Assembly: GCF_002945325.1 (NCBI RefSeq)
Contig: NZ_CP026606.1
Span: forward strand, 180,001 to 212,000
Direction: 5' to 3'
DNA: 32,000 nt
Source of the DNA: Methanococcus maripaludis
Lineage (GTDB): Archaea; AGJL01; Methanococci; Methanococcales; Methanococcaceae
The position numbers and the translations under genes are program-made. Position 1 is the stretch's first letter, and each line of letters starts with the position of its first letter. Shown here one piece after another: positions 10,003 to 18,212 of the stretch. Below the pieces are notes generated by a model, which ran no database searches, was not told the DNA's origin, and was given only the letters and a program-made list of their open reading frames with translations.

Positions 10003-10046
10003 TTTTCAAAATAATTGATTTAACTCGATATGGATTTTATTTAATT
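10003..10046. repeat. 44-bp perfect direct repeat, copy 1
   Basis: TTTTCAAAATAATTGATTTAACTCGATATGGATTTTATTTAATT is identical at 10457-10500. Confidence 0.9.
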
Positions 10047-10117
10047 CACACACTTTTTTAAATAAATATTTTCGTTATTTAAGTTTTCTTTTAAAATAAA
10101 AAGAAAAAAAGAATAAA

Positions 10118-10273
10118 TTACTTATCTTCAGGTTTACATTGTCCTTTTTTCATACATTTAACTTCAATGCAGTCCATGCATTTCTTGGTTGCCCAAAATA
10201 TAATTGAAAAAATAAAGCTGAATAATATTACTAGTGAAGCCATTAAAAGGCCGCAATTATACGGGTCATACAT
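10118..10273 (-). CDS. small (51 aa) membrane protein with Cys-rich C-terminal tail, not in the ORF track
   Basis: ATG 10273 is preceded by AAAGGTGAG. Translation: MYDPYNCGLLMASLVILFSFIFSIIFWATKKCMDCIEVKCMKKGQCKPEDK, with one TM helix. A TetR-type operator and TATA module lie directly upstream. Confidence 0.4.
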   Translation of the reverse strand: MYDPYNCGLLMASLVILFSFIFSIIFWATKKCMDCIEVKCMKKGQCKPEDK

Positions 10274-10364
10274 GCTACTCACCTTTAAAGAAAGATTTTA
10301 GTTTTCGAATGAAATATTCCCTCATTATTGGATTTTTTAGTATATCGAATAGGGGATTTAAGAT

Positions 10365-10378
10365 TGACTAATCAGTCT
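10365..10378. promoter_or_regulatory. TetR-type operator TGACTAATCAGTCT with adjacent TATA box (10400-10407)
   Basis: Part of a ~50-bp module (10357-10407) that is about 80% identical to 9311-9360. Confidence 0.55.
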
Positions 10379-10456
10379 AATATTACTTTGTTTTTTTAGT
10401 ATATATAATTAAGGTATTTAAAAAAATGAGAAAAATTATTTTGCTTTTAAAGCTTA

Positions 10457-10500
10457 TTTTCAAAATAATTGATTTAACTCGATATGGATTTTATTTAATT
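10457..10500. repeat. 44-bp perfect direct repeat, copy 2
   Basis: Identical to 10003-10046. Confidence 0.9.
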
Positions 10501-10529
10501 TATACAAAACTTATGAAGCATTTCGGCAA

Positions 10530-11024
10530 TTACACGAATAGATTTACAACAACGCCAGCAATAATTGCCGATATAATTGTAAATGCTACGTATGATGTAA
10601 AGTGTTTAGCTCCAAGAACTATTTTAACGGCACCAAGATTCGTAATTTTTGTTGCAGGGCCAGTTATCATGAAAGCTGCAGCGGCCCCCATACTCATTCC
10701 AGAATCTAACCATGCCATAAGTAATGGAATCGTACCACCTCCACAAACATATAATGGCACCCCAATTGTTGCTGCCATCAAAACACCAAATCCTCTTTGA
10801 CTGCCAAAAAGGTTTGCGAATGCATCAGGGGATACATAATGCTGAAATAATGCTGAAAGCAGGATTCCAATAAGAAAATAGGGCCCTGTTGCTTTGGTAT
10901 TTCTCCATATGTTTTTTGGTAATCTCAACAACACATTTGGGTCAGCATCTCTGTTTGTAGGTTCTGAAAAGCCGGAAAAATTAAAAAATTTCCGATCCCC
11001 AAATAAAAACTGGAGTAATTTCAT
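10530..11024 (-). CDS. COG0701/ArsP-like predicted permease, half-size (C-terminal-half-like)
   Basis: GVPLYVCGGGTIPLLMAWLDSGMSMGAAAAFMITGPATK matches the conserved second half of two-repeat YraQ/ArsP-type permeases. Only 164 aa. Confidence 0.55.
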   Translation of the reverse strand: MKLLQFLFGDRKFFNFSGFSEPTNRDADPNVLLRLPKNIWRNTKATGPYFLIGILLSALFQHYVSPDAFANLFGSQRGFGVLMAATIGVPLYVCGGGTIPLLMAWLDSGMSMGAAAAFMITGPATKITNLGAVKIVLGAKHFTSYVAFTIISAIIAGVVVNLFV

Positions 11025-11247
11025 AGGTCATATATATTTTAGGAGGTTTGGTAACTGTTTTTTGAGTGTTATTAGTATCTGCTTCAGGGAGTTTGGAAGT
11101 TTCAATTGTTGTATCATATATAGAACTTTCAATAACTGCGTTACTGGTTGCATTTGTTTGAGTACTGTCTTCGTCAATACATCCAGCAATTAAAGAAAAT
11201 ATTAGTAAGGACCCAAATATGGCAATAATTTGTCGTTTTAGTTTCAT
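10981..11247 (-). CDS. possible lipoprotein-type leader ORF (lipobox LIAGC, Thr/Ser-rich); may be fused to the permease by a frameshift
   Basis: MKLKRQIIAIFGSLLIFSLIAGC signal followed by low-complexity sequence. Overlaps the permease ORF by 44 nt in another frame, across T-runs. Confidence 0.3.
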   Translation of the reverse strand: MKLKRQIIAIFGSLLIFSLIAGCIDEDSTQTNATSNAVIESSIYDTTIETSKLPEADTNNTQKTVTKPPKIYMTYEITPVFIWGSEIF

Positions 11248-11354
11248 GATTTTTTTCCAACACCAATTTTTTCAAGGTATAAAATATTTTCACAAGCCTA
11301 AATGTACTTTAATTTCTAATTTTTGACATAATTAAATCAGTAATTTAGTAAGAG

Positions 11355-11368
11355 TGACTAATCAATCA
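11355..11368. promoter_or_regulatory. TetR-type operator variant TGACTAATCAATCA
   Basis: One mismatch to the palindrome. Located between the TetR stop and the lipoprotein/permease start. Confidence 0.4.
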
Positions 11369-11386
11369 TATTTTAGCTAAAAAAAA

Positions 11387-11965
11387 TTAGTTTTTGACTA
11401 GTCCGTTCCAGACTATCTCAAATCCGTCGTCAATAAATTTATTTTTATCTTTAGATAAACCATAGCTTGAAATTACTTGCACTACTGTCCTGCTGTTTTG
11501 GTAAAACATTGCAATGACCAGTTCCAAAGGTAATTTTTTGACAGCCCCAGCGGTTACTCCGTCTTCAATGAGTTTATGAATAGTAAAGTACTCCTTCATA
11601 ACTTCTTCACGCGTAAAATTCGATATGTAAGGCGAATTGCAAAACTGTCCGACAAAAAGAAACTCGTTATAATTATCTAAGCCCCATCTAACTAAATTAT
11701 CCCATATTTTTTTCAACCTGTCTTTAAAGTTAACCTGTGGTTCGAGGTCTTTGACCATTGTCCGGCTTAAATCCGCTTTTACTTCAAAATACAGGTTGTT
11801 TATCAGGTCTTCTTTTGTTGGGAAATAATGGAAGAGTGTACCCGTAGCTACACCTGCTTCTTTTGAAATTTGGGCTGTAGATGTGCCGTGAAACCCACGT
11901 TCAGTAAAAAGTTTCAAAGCGGCGTCCATAATCGCTTTTCTTTTGTCTTCAATATTTGCTTTCAT
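11387..11965 (-). CDS. TetR/AcrR family transcriptional repressor
   Basis: N-terminal HTH AALKLFTERGFHGTSTAQISKEAGVATGTLFHYFPTKEDL. AGGATGA RBS. Confidence 0.9.
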   Translation of the reverse strand: MKANIEDKRKAIMDAALKLFTERGFHGTSTAQISKEAGVATGTLFHYFPTKEDLINNLYFEVKADLSRTMVKDLEPQVNFKDRLKKIWDNLVRWGLDNYNEFLFVGQFCNSPYISNFTREEVMKEYFTIHKLIEDGVTAGAVKKLPLELVIAMFYQNSRTVVQVISSYGLSKDKNKFIDDGFEIVWNGLVKN

Positions 11966-11978
11966 ATATATCTCATCC

Positions 11979-12038
11979 TGACTGATTAGTCAATTAAATA
12001 TACGGTTGTTTTGCTATATAAACTTGACTGATTAGTCA
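11979..12038. promoter_or_regulatory. TetR autoregulatory promoter: two perfect operators TGACTGATTAGTCA (11979-11992, 12025-12038) bracketing a TATA box (12013-12020)
   Basis: Two identical 14-bp palindromic sites 46 bp apart centre to centre, with TTTATATA (minus-strand sense) between them, just upstream of the TetR start. Confidence 0.75.
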
Positions 12039-12196
12039 GTGATACATTTTGATGATTTAAGGGTTAGATTAAAATAAAACTTAAATTTATGATTAATCCA
12101 AAATTTCGAAAAAAGAAGTTATGGCTTCCAAAATTTTTTTATTTTTTAAATAAATCAAAAAAGGCCAAAAGAAATTAAATAAATTAGAAGTTATTT

Positions 12197-12799
12197 TTAA
12201 TATACAATAAAATGAATTGCACCACACTGTCCAGGATAGCTCATAAGTTGGATTATTGAGCTGTACGTGACAGTAGAATTTATTTTAACGTTATTAAGGT
12301 CTCCAGAAACTAGTGTATCATTAGTAACTGATACATAGCACAGGCTGTTTTCCCCTTCAACTAAAAATCTATTGTAGTCATTTACAAAATCAATTTCAGT
12401 AACTATTCCTGAAGTTACAAATTCTGGAGGGTAGTAAAGTACAGATGATGCGGTCAAAATTGGCGGAAAAGATCGTGTCATAATTCCTGAGTAGTTAATT
12501 TCTACCAATCCCCCAACAGAGATATTATCACCTTCATAAATTTCAGGGAATTTAATATCAATACTTTCAGGCACATTTACAACATATTCGCCGTTGCTAT
12601 TGTTTACCAATAACTTGTAATTTCCATCCGCAACTTCAATGGAGTTTATAACTCCAAAAATTATTTCCGACCCATAATTAGAATCGTTTGTTGAGTTATT
12701 GCCAGGTTCTGCATTTTTCTGAAAAATTACAAAACTTCCAGCAATTATGCATAAAAAAACTGCTAAAATTGCAATCATGCTACTTGTTTTAAATTTCAT
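12197..12799 (-). CDS. secreted/anchored protein with two tandem DUF3221-like small beta-barrel domains
   Basis: N-terminal TM/signal MIAILAVFLCIIAGSFVIF. Each half ends in a ..SFPP.. / ..SYPGQ.. motif reminiscent of the DUF3221 (YobA-like) ESYP.Q ending. GAGGTGA RBS. Confidence 0.45.
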   Translation of the reverse strand: MKFKTSSMIAILAVFLCIIAGSFVIFQKNAEPGNNSTNDSNYGSEIIFGVINSIEVADGNYKLLVNNSNGEYVVNVPESIDIKFPEIYEGDNISVGGLVEINYSGIMTRSFPPILTASSVLYYPPEFVTSGIVTEIDFVNDYNRFLVEGENSLCYVSVTNDTLVSGDLNNVKINSTVTYSSIIQLMSYPGQCGAIHFIVY

Positions 12800-13171
12800 A
12801 GTTCACCTCAGAAAGCATAAGTCTGCTTCTTAAATTAGCTTGAATTTCAAAACATATAAAAACGTGGATTTTGTTCGCATTTGGCCGAACAATGATCTAA
12901 CGTTTAAAACTCGTAAAAATAATGCTATTTATTAATTAAATGTCTTTAATTTAAAGTTACATTTAAATTTTAGATTTTTTTACGTTATTCAATCAATATG
13001 ACCTATGACATGCATATATTACGTGTAGATTCATTGGATAACTTATCTAAAGTTTAAACGTGATTTTCATTTCAAAAGTGATATATAACGGTAATTAAAA
13101 ATAAAATTGCAAAAATTCGTTTTAATTTAAAAAGTAAACAGAAGAATCCAAATTAGGAGACTGATATATTA

Positions 13172-14407
13172 ATGTACCGACAAAAACATGCTGATCAAGA
13201 TTATGCACTGGAAACAGTCCCTTCAGAAAGTAAAAAAGGATTTTTACCAATGTTTGCAATAATGCTTGGATTTACCTTTTTTTCAGCAAGCATGTGGGCA
13301 GGCGGAACGATTGGGACAGGTTTGAAATTCCAAACATTTCTTCTAATTGTTTTAATGGGCAATTTATTGCTTGGATTATATACTGGAGCTCTTGCATATA
13401 TTGGATCAAGTACTGGTCTTTCTACGCACCTTCTCGCAAGATACTCCTTTGGAGAAAAAGGATCTTATCTCGCATCATTTATTTTAGCAATTACTCAAGT
13501 CGGCTGGTTTGGTGTTGGTGTTGCAATGTTTTCACTTCCTGTCCACTATGCAACAGGGATTGATTTAAACATTCTACTTTTACTTTCCGGAATTTTAATG
13601 ACCACAACCGCATATTTTGGAATAAAGTCGCTTACAGTATTAAGTATGATTTCTGTTCCTGCAATAACTCTTCTAGGCATTTACTCAGTAACTGGAGCAG
13701 TTAATTCAATTGGAGGAATTTCTGAACTTTTTGCAATTGAACCCGCAAATAACATGGGGCTTGCAGTTGGACTGAGCCTTTGTATTGGTTCATTTATCAG
13801 TGGAGGTACACTAACGCCTGATTTTGCAAGATTTTCAAAAAGTAAGTCTATTGGCGTAATTTCAACATTTATTGCTTTTTTTATTGGAAATTCGTTAATG
13901 TTTATATTTGGTGCAGTTGGTGCTTCTACATTAGGTCATTCAGATATTTCCGAAGTAATGCTTAAACAAGGGTTAATAATTCCTGCAATTATAATTTTAG
14001 GAGTTAATATATGGACTACGAATGATAACGCCCTTTATGCATCAGGCCTTGGTTTCTCAAATATTACAAAAATACCAAAAAAACATGTTGTGATTTTTAA
14101 CGGGTTAATTGGAACACTTGGGGCATTAATCCTGTACAATAACTTTGTAGGTTGGTTAACCTTGCTTAGCTCCATTATTCCATCCATTGGCGGGATTATC
14201 ATATCGGATTATTTCATAAATAAACGTCAAAAGTACGCGTCACTTGAAAACATTAAAGTTAAAAAAGTACATTGGAATGCAGTTATTGCGTGGGTATTGG
14301 GCATTTTTGCATCGCAATTTTTACCAGGAATTTCGCCAATAAATGCCGTTTTTGGTTCAGCAATTATCTACGTTGTACTTGAAACATTGAGCAAAAATAA
14401 TATTTAA
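13172..14407 (+). CDS. codB: cytosine permease (NCS1 family)
   Basis: Collinear with E. coli CodB motifs recalled from memory: MLGFTFFSASMWAGGTIGTGL, GLSTHLLARYSFGEKGS, TQVGWFGVGVAMF. TAGGAG RBS. Confidence 0.9.
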   Translation: MYRQKHADQDYALETVPSESKKGFLPMFAIMLGFTFFSASMWAGGTIGTGLKFQTFLLIVLMGNLLLGLYTGALAYIGSSTGLSTHLLARYSFGEKGSYLASFILAITQVGWFGVGVAMFSLPVHYATGIDLNILLLLSGILMTTTAYFGIKSLTVLSMISVPAITLLGIYSVTGAVNSIGGISELFAIEPANNMGLAVGLSLCIGSFISGGTLTPDFARFSKSKSIGVISTFIAFFIGNSLMFIFGAVGASTLGHSDISEVMLKQGLIIPAIIILGVNIWTTNDNALYASGLGFSNITKIPKKHVVIFNGLIGTLGALILYNNFVGWLTLLSSIIPSIGGIIISDYFINKRQKYASLENIKVKKVHWNAVIAWVLGIFASQFLPGISPINAVFGSAIIYVVLETLSKNNI

Positions 14408-14873
14408 AAAGTATATTAATCAGTTACTTTCAGATGTTATATATTATCCCAGGTAATCCTATTATTTTTTAGTAATTCTTGATTTTTTAAGACATTTAAT
14501 AAGTTTTATGGGTTAAGCTTAAAGAATTAATTTCTAAAAAAGTGTTTTTATGCCCCAAATTTAAATTTGATACGGAATTTTAATTTCACTTGGGGGGTGA
14601 AAAAATGTCACATTTTAAATTTTAAAATATATTTAAAATTCACTATCGTTAGATTAATCGGGTACATAAAAACATTATTATCATTGATTTATATTATATA
14701 TAAATAATAGTAATTTAATTGAGAACATAATACATAAATATTATTTTTTACATTATGTCGGGAATGATATAGCAATATCGGAAATATTGATAAATCAGAG
14801 GAGTCATTCCGAATCTAATTTTTTTAATTTTACAAAAAAGTCAAAAAAGAAAAATTTTATTTTTTTAATTAAA

Positions 14874-17800
14874 TTATTCAACAACTTTAGGTCCATTTTC
14901 TGTCCATTCGACCATGATTGGTCCTTCTGGCAACTCATCCAAAGTTTTAAAGTATTCTAATGCAGCTTGTGTTCCAAGTCTATCAGAACCTGCAATATAT
15001 ACAATAGTATAGCTTTGAACAATTTTTCCAGTGTTGTCTTGAACTTTTAATACCTGAATTATTCCTTTGTTTTCTCCAGGGTAGTCGTTTGAAATTGGCA
15101 TTTCAAACTGATCGTTGTATTCTTTTGCAAAGCCATTTGCGTTTGGCCCACCAACGATTACTGCATTTCCAGAAATTTTGTAACCGTTTGCATTTTGTAT
15201 TCTTTCTCTTAATTCTTCAGCAAACTTTTGATCGATTTCGTTTCCATATATAACTGCCGCACTTGAAACGAAGTTTTTAATTACTTTTGATTCGATTTCA
15301 TCTGAAATATCTGAATCGTAGCTTCTTCCACCACTACTGCTGTGCGAAGAGCTTGGTGTAGTTGGTGCAACGTAGTTTCCAATTTCGTTTCCGTTCCACA
15401 TGTCGATTAATGGGGCAGTATCGTTTTCTAAATACTCGATATCGTAGTATTCTTCACCGTAAGTTCTTTCATAGTCACATCCATAAAGGTAAGGAGTGTC
15501 ACCAATTCCGTTTGAATCTGCGTCTGTTCCACTGTAGTCAGACCAGTAGTTTCCAAGGATGTTACTGTAATTATTTCCATTGTATTTATATTCAATTTCA
15601 AAAGGACTTACTAAACTGTTGTTTACAGTTGTGTTTGGCATTATTTCAGAAATATTTGACGAATTTCCTGTGTAAATAAAGTTATTTAAGTAAATATTAC
15701 AGCCTGTGATGTTATCTCCAATAATAATTGGATAATCGTCTGCATAAATCGTATTTTGTGTAATATTTGAGTAATCTTCACAACAATTATCAAGCAAGAT
15801 TCCAATAGTGCTTGCACGAATTGTATTGTTAAATATTGTTGCATATGCATTTATTCCAAGATCAGGATATCCGTTAGGGTCAATTGCGTAATCCCTGCTT
15901 GCATTTATCACAGTGTTTGAGGATATTAGCGTGTACTGTCCACAGGTCCAAATATGGTCATCCACAGTGTTTGAGGAAATTGTATTATTGTTTCCGTAAA
16001 CTCCCATGTGCGCATCGCCATACTTGTCATTATGTAAAACGTTTGAAGAGATTGTGGCATTGTTTCCTTCCAAATAGATAGAGTAATCTACCGTGTTTGA
16101 GGATATTGTGTTATTGTTTCCGTAAACATCAATGTGACCATATGCCCAAGCATCATGTAAAACATTTGATGAAATTATGTTGTAGTCCCCTTTAACACAT
16201 ACACTAGAATAAAGATAAGGCATGGAATAGAATTCTTCCTCATCGTTCGTGTTATTGAAGATTTTGTTATTGAAGATTTTGTTATAATTTCCGTAAATAC
16301 CTAAGGAAGTGTAGTATTCACCCGTTAAAGTGTTTTCGAAGACTGTCGTGTTTAGTACATCGTAAAGATCCATACCATAAGTATCGTTGTATGCTTTGAC
16401 AGTAATGGTATTTATTGAAATTGTTGAGTTTTCAATATAATCCAGATCCATACCATAAGTATCGTTTTCATTAGATTCAGCTGTTATGTTATTTCCCAAA
16501 ATCGCTGAGTTTTCGATATTATTCTCTGCAAAAATACCGTAAGCGTTTGGATAATATCCATCATAAGAATACGCATAAAGGTCGATTATATTGTTTTCTA
16601 TTGTTATATTGACCATATCATATTGACATGCGTAGATACCGAGAGCTTCGCCGTAAGAGTCTGCTGTTATGTTATTTCCTGAAATTGTAGAATTTTCCAT
16701 GTATTTATATGCGAAGATACCATAAGCGCAATTATCACTGGAATTGAGTATGATGTTATTTCCTAAAATCTTAGTATTTACCATATCTTCGTCTTCAGCG
16801 TAGATACCGTAAGCATCTTCGCATGCATCTACTGTGATATTGTTTTCTGAAATTGTGGAATTTTCCAAATTATCACAGGCATAAATACAGTAAGAGTAAT
16901 ACCCATTACTTTCTGAAATGAATGTATTTCCTGAAATTATTGTATTTACTATATTGTAATCGGTGTAAATACATTCAGAATCCTCAGTATTGGATGAAAT
17001 ATTAAATAAATTAGATTCTATGGTCGAATTTACTAAATCTGCACCACACGCGTAGATACCACAAGCACAATCTTCCCCATATGCAGTAATTGTATTTCCA
17101 GATATTACTGAGCTTATAATGGCAAATGGGTAAATACAGTAAGCATCCCCCTCTTTTGAAATAATCGTAATTTCGTTGTTTTTAATTTTTGAACCGATTA
17201 AATCTTCATTGTCCGTGTAAATAACGTAAGAACCGTCATAACCGTTTGCTGTGATGTTATTCTCGGCCATGGATGTGTTGTATATATAATCGCCAGCATA
17301 AATACAGTAAGTTTCGGAATCAGAAGATAAATCGAATACGTTATCCTCAATTGTCACATTTGTAATATCTTCATTGTATGAACAAATACCGTATGCATCT
17401 TCTGTCGCATTTGCTGTTATGTTATTTCCAGATATTACGTTGTTGGTAATATTATATACTGAATAAATACCATAAGCATTATTATCAGCAGAATAAAGAT
17501 CGATTACATTATTTTCAATCGTTGAATTTGTTATATTGTCCCAGCATGCCCTGATACCGTAAGCAGTGCCCACGGTGGAATTAATGCTAATTTCGTTATC
17601 TTCGATCGTCGAGTTTATAATAGCCTCGTCAGCATAGATACCGTTGGCAACAGTAACAGTGCTAACCATATTGATCGTATTTCCAGAAATTGTGCTGTTT
17701 TCAATAGTATCATCAAACACAATACTGCCGTCGTACGTCATAGTATTAAACGTATTTTCCAAAATTTTGGTACCATAAGACTCTTGTAATTCGATAGAAT

Positions 17801-18212
17801 AGCCTTCAGAAATTATTTCTGAATTTTCAAGTGTAAACTCATTAACATCTTTAACGAAAATTGTATCAGATGACCAGTTAGCATTCAAGTTTTTAACAGT
17901 AATATTGCTTGAATTGTAGGCGTATATGATATATGGACTGTTTGTAGTATTGGTACTGAAAAACATGTTGTTACAGTCAAGTACAACGTTTTCAGTGTCT
18001 TTAATTATTAATACACTATCATTGCTTGATAATGTGTTATTCTCAAAATCTACAGTTACCTTGTAATCCCCAGATTCATTGATCAATGCAAATACGTGGT
18101 AATCAGTACCATCAATATTTACATCCGTTGGATTTGAATAATCAATATCTACCGCATTAACGCTTCCTAGCGCAAAAAGCAGCAACAAAAATAATAAACA
18201 TTTTTTTATCAT
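14874..18212 (-). CDS. large secreted surface protein with right-handed parallel beta-helix (PbH1/NosD-like) repeats and a C-terminal globular domain after a Ser-rich linker
   Basis: Signal peptide KKCLLFLLLLFALGSVNA. Tens of ~22-25-aa coils of type ENSTISGNNIT....AYGIYA. Linker PTTPSSSHSSSGGRS. C-terminal ~160 aa (..VIVGGPNANGFA..YIAGSDRLGTQAALEYF..) resembles a cell-surface attachment domain. GGGGTGA RBS. Confidence 0.8.
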   Translation of the reverse strand: MIKKCLLFLLLLFALGSVNAVDIDYSNPTDVNIDGTDYHVFALINESGDYKVTVDFENNTLSSNDSVLIIKDTENVVLDCNNMFFSTNTTNSPYIIYAYNSSNITVKNLNANWSSDTIFVKDVNEFTLENSEIISEGYSIELQESYGTKILENTFNTMTYDGSIVFDDTIENSTISGNTINMVSTVTVANGIYADEAIINSTIEDNEISINSTVGTAYGIRACWDNITNSTIENNVIDLYSADNNAYGIYSVYNITNNVISGNNITANATEDAYGICSYNEDITNVTIEDNVFDLSSDSETYCIYAGDYIYNTSMAENNITANGYDGSYVIYTDNEDLIGSKIKNNEITIISKEGDAYCIYPFAIISSVISGNTITAYGEDCACGIYACGADLVNSTIESNLFNISSNTEDSECIYTDYNIVNTIISGNTFISESNGYYSYCIYACDNLENSTISENNITVDACEDAYGIYAEDEDMVNTKILGNNIILNSSDNCAYGIFAYKYMENSTISGNNITADSYGEALGIYACQYDMVNITIENNIIDLYAYSYDGYYPNAYGIFAENNIENSAILGNNITAESNENDTYGMDLDYIENSTISINTITVKAYNDTYGMDLYDVLNTTVFENTLTGEYYTSLGIYGNYNKIFNNKIFNNTNDEEEFYSMPYLYSSVCVKGDYNIISSNVLHDAWAYGHIDVYGNNNTISSNTVDYSIYLEGNNATISSNVLHNDKYGDAHMGVYGNNNTISSNTVDDHIWTCGQYTLISSNTVINASRDYAIDPNGYPDLGINAYATIFNNTIRASTIGILLDNCCEDYSNITQNTIYADDYPIIIGDNITGCNIYLNNFIYTGNSSNISEIMPNTTVNNSLVSPFEIEYKYNGNNYSNILGNYWSDYSGTDADSNGIGDTPYLYGCDYERTYGEEYYDIEYLENDTAPLIDMWNGNEIGNYVAPTTPSSSHSSSGGRSYDSDISDEIESKVIKNFVSSAAVIYGNEIDQKFAEELRERIQNANGYKISGNAVIVGGPNANGFAKEYNDQFEMPISNDYPGENKGIIQVLKVQDNTGKIVQSYTIVYIAGSDRLGTQAALEYFKTLDELPEGPIMVEWTENGPKVVE

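Noticed and set aside
10426-10800. 124-aa plus-strand ORF
   Set aside because: It is antisense to the permease gene, whose product has clear family motifs, and it begins in intergenic repeat sequence.
14761-14810. Possible C/D-box sRNA or structured RNA (GGAATGA ... TCATTCC inverted repeat with an internal GATAT-AGCA-ATATC hairpin)
   Set aside because: The C-box-like TGATAT is imperfect, and there is no CTGA D box at the required position on either strand. Only a generic hairpin remains.
15362-16081. 105-aa and 65-aa plus-strand ORFs, and DNA-level repeats inside the beta-helix gene
   Set aside because: The ORFs are antisense shadows of the long, well-supported minus-strand CDS. The DNA repeats are simply the coding repeats of the beta-helix coils, not an independent element.
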